The translations under genes were made by a program, and so were the position numbers. From the NCBI GenBank assembly GCA_013265495.1, contig MU058153.1:1676001-1740000 (forward strand): a DNA stretch of 64,000 bases. Reading direction: 5' to 3'. This document shows positions 23,462 through 35,990 of the stretch, in pieces. The notes under the pieces are model-generated. The model did not search any database. It was not told the DNA's origin and saw nothing but the letters and a program-made list of their open reading frames with translations. Numbering within the stretch: the stretch's first letter is position 1; each line of letters starts with the position of its first letter. This stretch comes from Vicugna vicugna. Its lineage: Eukaryota.

Positions 23462-26319
23462 AAGTTGTCCAAAGTAGCAGTCAGCTACTTCAGTTAAGGA
23501 CTTCCCTCTGTCTGTTGAATTTACTACGGTATATTACAAACCTTTGTAGAATGAATGAGCAATGATGACCAACTGGAAAGCAATAATAAAGAAAAAGGGA
23601 GTTTATAGTAATGCAGCCTTTCTCCTTTGCCTGTCATATCTTTCTAAGCTAAGAAAAAAACTACCTGATTCAGCATAAAAAAAAATCTTTAGCTTTTAGG
23701 TACTGATTACCAGCCTTGATACTGCTGCATCCTAGGGTGTTACTAATTATGTTAAGATGCATGGTTGCCAGCTCATAAACTTTCATGAAACTGCCGTGTG
23801 CTTAAGGACCTCTCCCCATACTTTTTGATCCCATGGACTTCATTCAACTGATAATAAGATGTAGCTACCTTTGCTTGATGACTCCCCAGGCTTTCTTGAG
23901 AGAGAACAATGTGTAATTTCCATGGAGTGTGGGAGGTCAGAATAAAGAGAGAAAAGAGGTGTACTAGGGTCCTAGAAATTCAGCTTCTTCCCAAATTGCT
24001 TTTTCTTAAAATGCCCTGTCTGCTGTGCAACTTTCTTTCTTCACACCAGTCCAGTTAATGTTGGGGCTCAGGCAGAGTGTTTTGGTGAGTGTGTGTGTGG
24101 TAGGGTGGGCCTAAGGGTAGAGAGGACAGTTTGAAATGCCGATGAAAGTGACCTTATACTACCAGATAAATTATGGATTCCTTCCTTCCCATGTTTTTAA
24201 AATTGTTATTATTTTTCCTTTGTTATTTCCATTTAATTTCTCCATATGAAGCTCCATCCATGACTTATTAAAAAGAATTTATAAACTCAGTTTTGTGTGT
24301 GTATGTGTGTGTGCATATATGTGAGTTTTGAAGTTAAGGACTATAAACATCTAATAACCAACATTTTTCTTGCCCACAAAAAATTGCGAGAAGCCAAAGA
24401 AAGTGTTGTGAAATGAAGCAAATATAAGAGTTGCACAAATATCAAAAAAGAGAAATAAATCCCTTTTCTAAACAACAATCTAAGTATTTAAGAATAAAGA
24501 ACAATTTTGGTTAGAGCTGTAAAGTTGTGTTCTCCGTGGTGACGGGCCATGGTGGATTTAGATGTTGAAATTAGCTTTTAGCAAGTCTCTTATATTAAAA
24601 TACCATTATTTCTAGTTTTAAAAGAATTTTATTGTTTGTCCATTTGGAAAATCCTGTGCTACACTCAATCACAAAGCTGCAAAACTGAAACATATTATTT
24701 TCTCATAGCTAGACAACTTTGAGCATTAAAAACAAAGTGCGTTCAAACTGAGGTAGATGATATAGAATATGTTGACAACAAGGATTCCATTCAATCACAC
24801 TACTTTAAAAAGACTTTATTTTAAATGGCTTATCCCACATAATTGTGTATTTCAAGTGGTAATTACGTTTAAGATTTTGATGACTCTTCTGATAAAATCT
24901 TTATGGTGCAATGGGCCACACTGCCTAATCACCAAAAGGCAAAGGAAGAGGCACTTCTATTGTTGGTTAGACCTGGTGCCTTCACAATACAACTGAGAAT
25001 GTTATCTTTTTACCTGATATTATGTCTGATTGTCTCCCATGGCTGTTAATAAACTATTGGAATCAGATAGGTTTAGTCAGATTCTGAGTCACTCAATGAA
25101 TTGTTGGTTATTACATATAAGAAATCTTACATAACATTTCTTGTGACTCATTAAAACTTGGCAATTTTTGCATTTTCTGTCACTTAGGTATGTGATTTAT
25201 CACACTTTCATAGCTTAAACAAAAGGATATCTTATGTCGTATGGTCTCCAAATAAGACTGTTAACTCAGGTTATCTTTGAAATAACTGATAACCATACAG
25301 TTTCATACTTGGATCCTGTCCAAATCGAAAGATAAGAAAGAGTTGTCAGTACATTTATCCTCTTTCCAAATACACCTGAACCACCATGGGAATTTTGCAC
25401 TGACTCGCGATAGATATTTGAATAAATAAGCTATTTACACTGGATATTAAAGTACAAAATTATTTCCATGGAAACGTCCTAATGATTATTTTAGACAGGA
25501 AAATAAAAACTGTGTTCCAAACTCCATTTTAATTACATTTCTGATATAATGAACTTTTAACTTATGATTCATTTGGTATATATGTGAAATAAAAAGGGTG
25601 CCTCTTTCCTTTGTTCTTAGAAAACTCATTAAATTGTGTGATTTCATGAACAGAGGGTTTTTTTTTCTTTTTTCTTTTTGTAAAAATCAGTCTTTAAGAT
25701 AAAGTTGGCATTTTCAGCATCTACCTTAAAAAGGAACACTGACTCAATTAGAATGCCAGATCAGTGAGTAATTTTTATAGAGTTCTGGTTTTAGAAATAA
25801 AACATATAGTATTTTTTCACAAGAGGTTTTGGGAAAGATATTATAGACTGAATATTTTCATTCTAGGGGGAAAACATGCACTTTCACTTCCTGCATTTGG
25901 TAGCAAAAGAAAGCATTGGCATAATATATGATTTTTAAAATCATTTTTGATTGTGCATAGGGGATTTTATGTGCAGACATTTTAATGTGGTCATTATGTA
26001 TAGAAAAAAATGCTTTGGAAAAATAGAGTTTTAAAAAAAATAGATCAAGATGGTAGACAGGAAAGGTTGCAGTGTTCATTGTTCAGAATGAATATATACT
26101 TTTAAATTTATTTTTAAAAAATTAACTTTTAAGTGTATCTGTTCTCTTTGTATCTCGCCCATATACATTCATTTTATTACACTCTGTAAATCATTCCCTC
26201 ACCTCTCTTCTTTCCAAATACATATTTGCAATCCCTAGAATTAGGAAAACCATGTTCATTGGACAGATTCTGCACTGCTCATGACTAGCTATGAAAAGGA
26301 GCAACTGGCTACTTTCTAA

Positions 26320-27490
26320 GGAGGGAGACAAGAAATAAGGTGTGTAAGTAAAATTTATAGCAGGTAAGATAGTGACAAGTGGTAAGGAGAATCTTCGGGG
26401 CAGTAAAAGAGGATAGGAAATATGTGTATGTGTGTATGTTGGGGTGGGGGTGTTAATGTTGACAGTTTAACAGTCAAGGAAGACATCAGCAAGAATGTGA
26501 GTAAACATGTGACAGCAGAGAGAAGGGTATCCAGGAAGATATTAGCAGTAATATTCATTTCAACAGAGGAATTGCAGCTGTCCACAGGGACAACTCCTGT
26601 CCATAGGTCAGGGCATGCCTGGAATGCTTGAAAGTCATCAAAGAGATTAGAAAAAGTGGAGGGAACAAGACAGAGAGATGCTGTCAGAAAAGGTCACAGC
26701 AGCCTTACCATCTAAATCCTAGTGAATATGTTAAAGACTTTGGTATTTGTCCTATGTGAAATGGGAGACTTGGGGAACTTTTTGAGCAGAGAAATGGCAT
26801 CCTGAAATGTCTGTTTTGTGTGTGTGTGTGTTCAGAATAGTCTGAACAAGGCCAAAGATGGAGAACAATAAGAAGGAAATTAACCGTCTAACAGATGATG
26901 TGGCATGGAAGAGCAAGATAAAGTAGGAGTGGTGAGAAGAGATCAGATTCAGATATTTTTTGAGCAAAGAACAGATAGGATTTGCTGATGAATCTGATGA
27001 GGGGTATAAAAGAAAAAGTGAGTTCCAACACAGTTGACCCTTGATCAAAGCAGGGGTTAAGAGCATGGAATATTCCTTCCCTCGCCAAAATTCCAAGTTT
27101 AACTTTACAGATGGTCCTCCTTATCCATGGCTTTGCATCCCTGGATTCAACAAACCAGGGATCATGTAGTACTGTGACAAAAGTTTACTGGAAAAAAAAA
27201 AATCCACGTATAAGTGAACCAGCCCAGTTCGCATCCATGTTGTTCAAGGGTCAACTGTATTTCTTTCTGTTTTTAACTAAGAAATGAGAAGAATTGAGAT
27301 GCTGTTCACTGAGTTAGGGAGGACAGTGGATGGAGCTGGACTGAGGCATGGGTGGATGTATTAGATGCTCAGTTTTGAAGACGCTGAAGTTGGGTTGCCT
27401 GTTAGACATACAACTGGAGGGGTTAACAGACAATTGAATTTATGAGTCTGCAGCAGGGATCTTCAGCAAATAGATGATTTTATATATTCC
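26320..27490 (-). mobile_element. L2 fragment, split by a Tigger2-type MITE
   Basis: 'gagatgctgtcagaaaagg...ttttgagcagagaaatggcat...agattcagatatttttg...ggatttgctgatgaatctgatg...gctcagttttgaagacgctgaagttgggttgcctgttagacata'. Confidence 0.8.
27031..27257. mobile_element. Tigger2-family MITE (TcMar-Tigger; MER8/Tigger2a-like)
   Basis: TIRs CAGTTGACCCTTGATCAA ... TTGTTCAAGGGTCAACTG. TA follows the right end; CA precedes the left end. Confidence 0.9.
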
Positions 27491-27837
27491 ATCATTCTTT
27501 TATCTTGTTTGCCTTTACTTTGGTAAAGCACTGAGGATCACGATTGGGTTTGAATATTAGCTTAGATGTAGCAAGAGGTAAACTTTAGGCATGAAAGTTA
27601 GACATTAATTTAATCCATAGACATTGTTCACTTATACATCTTAGTCAGTGTTTAAGGGTTTGTTTTTCACTTCCTATTTTGATGAAAGATTGCAATGTTG
27701 ATTGTTTCAAAATAAATATAATGACAATTAGACATCTTTCTGACATTCTTTTCATGGTTCCAATGGTTAGCACTTATGGGAATGGAGCTTGGTGAGAATG
27801 ACGACCAAGAAGCTACCTGATCTTGATTTTAATTTAG

Positions 27838-27921
27838 GCATCTGGCCAGAGATGCAACAGTACACATTCACTATTGGCAAATTCACCAAGAAATTATCTG
27901 GAACTTTGGATCAAAACTCTG
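27838..27921 (+). other. Candidate 84-nt cassette exon, gene unknown
   Basis: 'cctgatcttgattttaatttag|GCA...CTG|gtgagc'. Length divisible by 3 and all three frames are stop-free. Confidence 0.25.
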
Positions 27922-28249
27922 GTGAGCGGTCTTGTCCTCTGCATGCCTCTCTCTCTCAGAGGTGATTGTGGTAGGAACAGGATTTAGACTTTCTAATCGT
28001 GCCCACACTCTGCCACCATTAATGGGGACACTGTGGTTAGTAGACGAATTCTCAGAAGACCTCTTTCCCCTCTTCTTCCCCCACAATGTTCTGTCCCTAA
28101 GGCAGCTCGATGGAAGCCACAAAGCAAGATGCAGGAGGCAATTACCCAGATTCTTCATTCCCTAGAGATGGCTCTTGCCTACACTTGGCCTACATCTGGT
28201 GCAGAAAGCATCATCATTTTCTCTTACGATGAGATTTTCTTATTAATTG

Positions 28250-29000
28250 GCACTAGTGCTCTCCATGGGGAAAAGAAATTGTTGGGTTAGCATTATTTGG
28301 AATAATTATTTCACTCCAATCTACTAGCTGTCAGTTCTGTACAAATTAAAGGACATACAAATATTATGCAAATAAATACTCGAGGGGGATATTTAGATGC
28401 CACACACTTTAATTTCTACTTGAAAGGACTGGAGAGTGGACAAGGTATTTCCTATAGTAGAGGGTGTGGAAGCACAAAAAAAATCCATTTTTTTCCCACC
28501 CCGGGGTTATGCGACAGGCTTTGCAATCAGAATCTGTCATTTGTTGTGACTGGTTTCAAAGATTTAATCTCGGTAACTCAAAACTTAGTGAGAAATGCTG
28601 CAGGAATGACCTTTGCAAGGTGATCGTTTGTTAATTGAGGACCCTGACAGTTTTCAATTCTTCGGTTCTGTATGAATGTTTGCTGTTCCCCTGCAAAGAT
28701 AAGTTCTGCTGACAATATTCTTATTTGTGAGCGCAAGGACAATAGACCCTTGGCACCGAGGAGAGAGTCTGAGCAATTCTTGTTGAGATGCAAATAGTCG
28801 GAGGTCCCCTGACTCATCGCCTAGCTACCCAATTCTGCCTGCGTAGGGGCAGCAGAACAGAAGACACAATTCGCAATCCCGCTTGCCGTGTATTGTCTTC
28901 TTTAATTTTAACTGCCCTGAGCTGTAGAAAGTATATTTTCATTATAAATAACTGCATGTCACGGGTGTTGGTGTTCCTTGCTAAAATGCAAATCCTCAGT
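28250..29000. promoter_or_regulatory. Candidate enhancer with POU octamer and SOX motif cluster
   Basis: ATGCAAAT at 28366, 28788, 28986; ACAAT at 28712, 28739, 28866; ATTGT at 28892. Locally raised CpG; no recognisable repeat. Confidence 0.45.
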
Positions 29001-29945
29001 TGTTAAGCCTATAAGTGTAAGTGGTTTACTCTCTGTGTAGGTATATACAACAAAGACAGTGAGCTCTGGGGTTATATTCTGATGCATATTTTTCATTTTT
29101 TTTTTTGAGGCATCCTGTCTTTAGACTCTTTTTTTAGAAGACCCAGTGTTGATTTGAGATCCTTCTTTCCTTATGCTTGCTGACTCATTTGTCCAAAATG
29201 ATACATTTCATAAAAAATGTCTATCGTGAGCTTTGAGTTCTGGACTCTTTCTTGTTTTCATTGTTGAAATTTCCACAAATCCTGTTGCAGAATAAAGAAG
29301 GATGAAGTAAGAAGGGTTTTTTTTTTTTTTTCCCCCTGGCAGTTTTGAAGCATATATTTATCCTGTAGCCATCCAGGAAGTGAGAGTTGGTCCTTGACTG
29401 CTTGCTCGGGAAGCTATACATAGCTGCCTTAGATATTTCGCACTGAGATTTTAATTCTGTAACTTGAAAGTCCCAATTTCTAAAGATTGTCTAATTAAGG
29501 TATACTGACATTCTTTTTCACAAAGTTATTTTTGAGTTCAGTACCATTTAAGATGAGCCCTTCAGTTTCTTTTTACCAGAAACCTTGGCTTATAGGTATT
29601 AACTGAAACTACTTAATGGCACCTGCAGATGGGGTTCAGAAAGATACGTTGTGTGAACCAATGTTAAAAAGAAATGAAATAAAACACAAGTAAGCCTGAA
29701 AAGGTGATTATGGCAACATTGGCTTATTTTCTCATCACTTAGTTTTATGCAGTCTAACAACATAGATTTCTTGCAGTACTGTTACAGGAAAACATTTCTG
29801 CAAATTATTTGATGAAAACACATTCCAGAGATTTTGCAACTGCATGTAAGTGGGTGAAGAATCTATTTGGCATTAATTAGTGTCTAACTACGTTAATTAG
29901 TGTCTATGGATTTTTAAATGTCTAATACAACAAAACAAACAGAAT

Positions 29946-30029
29946 TGTTGATCTTTGTGTTTTTTCTTGCTACTCCTGCATCAAGACGCCTGATGTGGTG
30001 CAAGAGTAGCAAAGAAGTCTGCACCAACA
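29946..30029. other. Imperfect inverted repeat / stem-loop
   Basis: ttgctactc pairs with gagtagcaa (9 bp perfect); ctgcatca pairs with tgatgtgg (two G-U) around a 7-nt loop; outer tgttg/caaca. Confidence 0.7.
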
Positions 30030-31395
30030 GTGTTTTCTTGGAAACGTTTGGGGGTGAATCTGGGGCAAGAAGCTACCATACTCCAGTGACACCATAGCTT
30101 GACGTATTAGGAATTACCAGTCTACATGGAAGATCCTATCATAGATACATAAACCTAGCAAAATACTTCTTTTATTGCAACTTGAGGAATGCATAAAATT
30201 TCCAGTATGACTTAACCATATGCAAACTTTGAACAAAATAGTGACATGAAGTAAGAACACTTTTACTTCACATTCATTGCTTAGATGCCCAATTAGTTCG
30301 GAACTGTATAAAACTATTAAGGATTATGTTGTCAACAAATAATATTTGTATAGAAGTATATTCTGATGGTGCAGCTGCACTGATGGGACAACATTCTGAG
30401 TAATTACCCAGATTAAGGATATTTCTCTAGAATGTAAATTAACTCACTGCTTTCTTCCCAGAGAAAGTTTTATCTTGGGAATAAAAAAAAAGTCAACTAA
30501 TATAACCACTGTACTTAGCAATGTAGTAAAATTTGTGGATTATATAAAGATTATTATGTTAAATTCTATTCTATTTAGTATGTGATAATATGAATGTTGA
30601 TTATTAAGACTTATATTCATAAGTATGATGGTTATTGAGCAGAAAATTTCTGCTGATCATGTTTGAACTATGCAATGAAATCTTAGTATTTCTGCAAGAC
30701 AAGAAAACAATTTTGTCCCAATTTTTAGTATAAATCAGCAGCAGACATGCTTGTTTTTCTGATTTTTTGTTTTTGTTTTTAGTGACCTTAAAGTTTTCCT
30801 GTAAGTAAGCCATGTCATATATATATATATATTTATTTATTTATTTATTTATATGCACATATACACTTAAATTTATTTTCCCAATGCCAGGTGACATCAA
30901 AGTAAAAATCAAAAGTTAAAGATTGGAGGAACAAAGTGTCTATAAATCATTATGACATGCTTCATAATTAAAGATAATCATCAATTCAATAAGTGATAGC
31001 TCTATGACACATATAGAAAAGTAATCACTGAGCATTTTCCATATTAGATAGAATGGTTTGAATTCCATTTTTCATCAAAAGAAGATTCAAATGTACAAAA
31101 TTCATGGGTTTGATACTTGTTTTTTTTTAAATGGAAATAATTTAAGTTTATCTGTATCTTTATAGCATAAATTGCTGTAATTGGCTACTTATGAGCGACT
31201 AACATTAAATTTTTTGAAAAGGCAGCATTCCTCACTTCATTTTGGATGAAATAAAATTAATATCCTGAGATTATCAAAAATATCTTTTAATCCTATCAAT
31301 ATTTCTATTTTATTCTAGCTTTTTCTACTGTGAGTGTTATTAAGACACATTATAAAATTTAAAATATAAATTATTGCCTGTGAGTAGTGTTCTAT
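30010..31395 (+). pseudogene. Decayed hAT/Buster transposase (Charlie10-like DNA transposon fossil, SCAND3/ZBED9-related)
   Basis: Hand translation across stops and frameshifts gives colinear blocks SDTIA*RI, LAKYF..LQLEEC, SELYKTIKDYVVNK, VYSDGAAALMGQHSE, VITQIKDISLECKLTHCFLPRES, VLSNVVKFVDYIK, MFELCNEILVFLQDKK, WRNKVSINHYDMLHN, RKVITEH..FEFHFSSKED, SFWMK, FSTVSVIKT. Confidence 0.85.
30817..30851. repeat. (TA)n(TTTA)n microsatellite inside the transposase fossil
   Basis: Directly visible. Confidence 0.9.
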
Positions 31396-32059
31396 GGGTA
31401 TGTGGACTGCCTTGGAAGATTGTAGGCAGATTTCCATAAGGTCCTTTCCTAACTTTCAGATGCCACTGTTGTCTACTTCTTAAATTTTACCTATCTTCTG
31501 CCTTCCCATGCCTACCAGTGACTTTGTACACAATATCTCCATGTCATATGATGTATGCCATAATAAAACCTTAATGTAGGAACTTTCCATATAAATCGTT
31601 GTAAATTCCACAAGATTGGAGGATGCAAAGTGAAATCTTGCCATCATGTCTTTGCTTTACCTAAGAGCTACTGTACTTTTGTTCTGATTTGAACATGATG
31701 AAATCTTCCTGCATGTGAGCTCTCACAGGGAAGTGACTGTTTCCCAACATATTTAAGCATAGTAATTTTGGGTATTCGTCTACCATTTTTCATTCATTTT
31801 CTGTATTATCCACTTCCTTTTTTTAATTAAATGTCAGGTGCCTATTCACACACTGAAAGAACCACATATACTGATATTTAAACTCTGACTGTGACAAATG
31901 AGCTTGCTTCTTGTTTGTTAGCTTATCCAGTCTCAGGTGGATCTATATTATGAGTGGCTTTTTCCTCTGATAACCTATGGCATATGAATTTATTATTCTG
32001 ATAGTATAAGGGAACTGATCATTTAAAAAGATTAAATGTGACTTGTAGCAACTTTTCTT

Positions 32060-32420
32060 TTCCACAGGTCTGCAGCCATGCTGTGGTTCTACTGTTCCAA
32101 ACTGGGACCAGTTAGGCTTGGTGCCAGACTGTGCTTTGATTTCAGGTCATCCTCACATGACCTCACGTCCTTCTAGGACTGAAGGCTACTTAGAAAACGC
32201 TGTTTCTAGGTTGCATAAAAGCACAACAGAGCAACATAAACGATGCAGTTTAGGCCTCTGTGAAATCACTAGCACTGACATCCTCTTATTCAAGCAAGTT
32301 CCATGGGCAAATCCAAGATTAATAAAGCATGTCCGCTTACTCTAGGGAAAGAATTGTAAAGATACATTGAAAAGATGTTGATTCCAGAAGTGACTGAGAA
32401 CAATTAACCAATCTACCATA
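32060..32420 (-). mobile_element. MLT1 LTR fragment (MLT1J-like)
   Basis: 'tttcaggtcatcctcacatg...caagcaagttccatgggcaaatccaaga...gaacaattaaccaatctaccata'. Confidence 0.65.
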
Positions 32421-32949
32421 CCTATTTTCATTATTATCCACTTTCTGAATTCAATGTTCATGCTGAGACATGATTATTGGTTAAGCCAGCACAAATCGGG
32501 GGAAAAGCATAATGATTCTTGGCCAAAGTCATAGATGTAGCCTATGTGAAGTCACAGGATTGTAACCTCCCTTCCTCTGGCATTTCTGGTGGTATTTAAT
32601 GGAAAGTTCCCACACTATGGTTGTGTTTTTATGCATTATTCAGAACATACTACTATGATATAGCCACTAGAAGGCACAAGAGAGCAAAATGTAGGTAGAA
32701 ATCAAGATAAAGTCAAAAAGCAGGTGAGAAGTAACTTTGGGGAAATGTGACCACCTCCTCTAAGACAAGGCCATATGGCCATCATTGACTTCAGAAAAAA
32801 TCATCCTAACCTTTGTAAATATCATAGAGAAAGAGAATGTGTATTGCAATATATCTTAAAATACTCTATTAGTACATTTGGAAAAATGCATAACCATATT
32901 AATGTCACTATTAACAATGAGCTATAGTAGAACTAATGCTACATTTTTA

Positions 32950-33690
32950 TTTATAGTACCAGAACCTTTAGTAGTAATATACCATAATGTTAATATCCTG
33001 AATGTGATGGAATATTATGGTTATATAAAAAATGTTTTTGTAGAAAATACACAATAATGTATATGGGTATAGGAACAATGTGTTGACAGTTTACTCTCAG
33101 TAGATTCCAGGAAAAAAAAAAGAGATCCTTGAACAGTTTTTGCAAACTTTCCATATGGTTGAGAATTGTGTCAATTTTTTAAAACTACACCAATAACAAA
33201 AATATAATATAGTTATGAATAAATGTAACAAAGGCATTAAGGCTTTTATGTAGAGATAATAAACTTGTATTAAAAGACATTAAAAGAGTAAATAAATGGA
33301 TATACCATGTTCATGGATAGGAAATTGTAATATTTAAAGATGTCAATTGCCCTGAATTTAAGCAATTTATTAAATAGATACCCATATAATTAGTAACAGT
33401 GTTTCATGGAACTTGGCAAGTTGATGTAAACTTCACATGGAAGGGCACAAGGCTAGGAATAGCAAAATGTCTTTATTATAAATAATAAGGAAAACAAACA
33501 CAAAGATGAATTTAATTATAAAAATATTGAGGGACTTTTCTTCTGATATAACAAGGCTTATTATAATGCTTCAAATAAAGAGTTCAAAAATAGATTTATG
33601 CACATATGGAAACTAAAGCAGACTAGGCACTTAGAGGGGATAGGAAATATTTCTCAAAATAGTACTATGATAACTGATCATACAGTTAGA
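32950..33690 (+). mobile_element. Old L1M fragments (3' UTR-like piece and ORF2 piece)
   Basis: 'aaagacattaaaagagtaaataaatggatataccatgttcatggataggaa...aagatgtcaatt...ggaacttggcaagttgatgtaaacttcacatggaa'. Confidence 0.7.
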
Positions 33691-33699
33691 TTAATTTTT

Positions 33700-35365
33700 C
33701 TTACTAGAAAATTTTAGTGTCTTTTCAACTGTCTCATTGCTCTGAAAATCATGAAGATATACCTTAGTGTGGATTATCTTCATTAATTATGCAGGAAATG
33801 TGGTGAACATTTTGAATATAAGAGCTAATGTAATTTATTCAGTCTAAATCATTTTCTTGTAACTTCCTACATTTTATTTATTTTTTTCTGATTTTCTTGC
33901 AGGTATTTCTGTTATTCAGATATTGGTCCTTTTGTGCTGATCATCTAATTCTCTTTTACTATACTCTATTTTTAAGCTTATTTTTCTTTTATTATATTTA
34001 ACGGGAGATTTCCACAATTTTATATTTCCTTCCTCTTAGAGTGAGTTTCAATTTTTTCATTTTTAAATTTCAAGGGCTGGTTTTGCTCTCTAAATGTTCC
34101 TTTTCATAGCAGGCTGTTCTTTCATATGCGCAATGTGCTCCTTCTTCTCTTTGCAGAAATTAATTATAGATCGTTTTTGCACTTTTACTCTCTCTGTGCT
34201 ATTTCCACTTACTGCAAAATTATTGTGGAAATTTGTTTTCTATATATTCTGATAGATAATTTCCTCAAATATCTATTGCTATCTGGCTGCATAAAATTAA
34301 GAAAAGAAGTTCTCCGAAGCTGATTGGAAGCTCTGGTGAGTTGGTGAGGTCATCTCCCTGGTGAGTTTATCTCCCTGGTGAGTTTCACTGTGCCTGATCT
34401 AGTTGGGGTATTTCATTTGCAAACTGTATGTGTGTATTTGTGAATATATGTATGTGTGTGTATATATGTATGTATATATATACATACATACTTTTTTCTC
34501 TCTAGGAAGAATCTTTCATTTTCTGGCTGTGGATTATAAATTTCTCTATTCTTAATCTGGATTCTGAGTAGGGGGAATAACAAAAGTAATTAACACGTAT
34601 ATAGTGTTTATTATTTTTGCCAAGCACTGAAATATGTGCTTTACATATATTCACCCATTTAACCTTTATATCAATCTAATAATTGTGTACCCATTTTTTC
34701 AGAGAAAGAAACTGAGGCACAAAGAAGAAAACTACCTTACCTAAGGAAGAACTTGTTACATGCCAAACTGGGATTCCGACTCAAGAGACTTTGCTTCTAA
34801 ATGGAGTATACCTGGTTTCTTAGCTAGGCATGCCTTTAATCCCCAAACCCTGCTATCTTTTTGATGAAATTGCCCTCTTCTCTGCCTAGTGCTCTTCCTG
34901 TTCAAACTATTTATTGTTGACTCTTTCCAGACGATATACCTTCAGTCTTTTCCTAGTGCAGGAAAAAGGATGCTACCAGTCTGAGTCAGGCAGGTGAAGA
35001 TCAAGGTGTTCAACAGCTTCTTAAATACATTTTCCAAATATTGTCCTGTTTTTAGCTCCCTCTAACCCCATTTACACAGGTCTGGCGTTCAGCAAATTCT
35101 TGCACATTTCCAGGGTAATGCAATGCAAAGCAGGTGGTTCTCTGTCTTTCCCTCTGGCTATCTTAAATTTCTTCTTTCTCTGGTCTTCTAAATTTGTTAC
35201 CACTATCCATCTGTTCCACATTTTTACATTTTTTCTTTGCCACTTTATTTGTCCTTATATGATATTTCTTTTTTGGGAAAAAAAATCACTTTACACTTGT
35301 TTCCATGAGAAATTAGGAGGAAACTAGGTTGGTTGTGTTTATTGTCTCATGTTTAATATGAAACC
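33700..35365 (-). mobile_element. HAL1 (half-L1) element, interrupted by a MIR
   Basis: 'ttttaaatttcaagggct...gttccttttcatagcaggctgttctttcatatg...agctgattggaagctctg' are HAL1-type motifs. Confidence 0.65.
34575..34800 (-). mobile_element. MIR SINE nested in HAL1
   Basis: 'tgccaagcactg...gctttacatatattcacccatttaacc...cagagaaagaaactgaggcacaaaga'. Confidence 0.8.
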
Positions 35366-35824
35366 AACTTTATCTATTTTTCTTGATACAAATTTACTTG
35401 CAAATCACCCTATGTTTGTAGATGGTGAACTCCATAACTGAGAATCATGTCCTAGAAAAAGAAAGTTCTCCTTTATCATCTAAATTTTTTTTAAAATTGC
35501 AGTTTGTTGAGAAGCATAGCAAAGCAGAATCCTAATCCTACTAGAGATTAGCTGGAAATAATGACCTCAGTGTTTCTAGTGTACAGGGTTTGCAAGTCCT
35601 AAATCTAAGTTGATGATGGGGGAAATAAAAATGACTCTCAGGCTCTACTCAAAAGAGCAGGAACCAGAAGCTCCAGGAAAATGAACAGTGACGCAGCATT
35701 TCTATTCACCTATTTAAAGTTCCTCCATCTTTAAGCTCCTACCACCTTAAGGCTACACAGAGTGTCTATTTAAAAACAAGACAAGGTAACGTCTACAAGG
35801 AGGAAGAAATTTAACTGTGCGGTG

Positions 35825-35990
35825 CAGTGGTTCTTAGCCTCTGCGTCACATGAAAATTACCTGCGGAATTTTTTAAAGTCCCAATTCAAAGGCTGCCTAC
35901 AAGCCCAATTAAATTCGAATCTCTCGGGGTGGGATACAAGCAACAGTATTTGTTAAGGCTCCTCACGTGATTTCAGTATGCAGCCTTGTG
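35825..35990 (-). mobile_element. MER5-family hAT-Charlie element
   Basis: 'cagtggttcttagcc...aattaaattcgaatctctcggggtggga...ctcctcacgtgatttcagtatgcagcc'. Confidence 0.75.

Noticed and set aside
25085..25150. Paired AP-1 sites
   Set aside because: TGA(C/G)TCA occurs many times across the window, so a pair is not distinctive.
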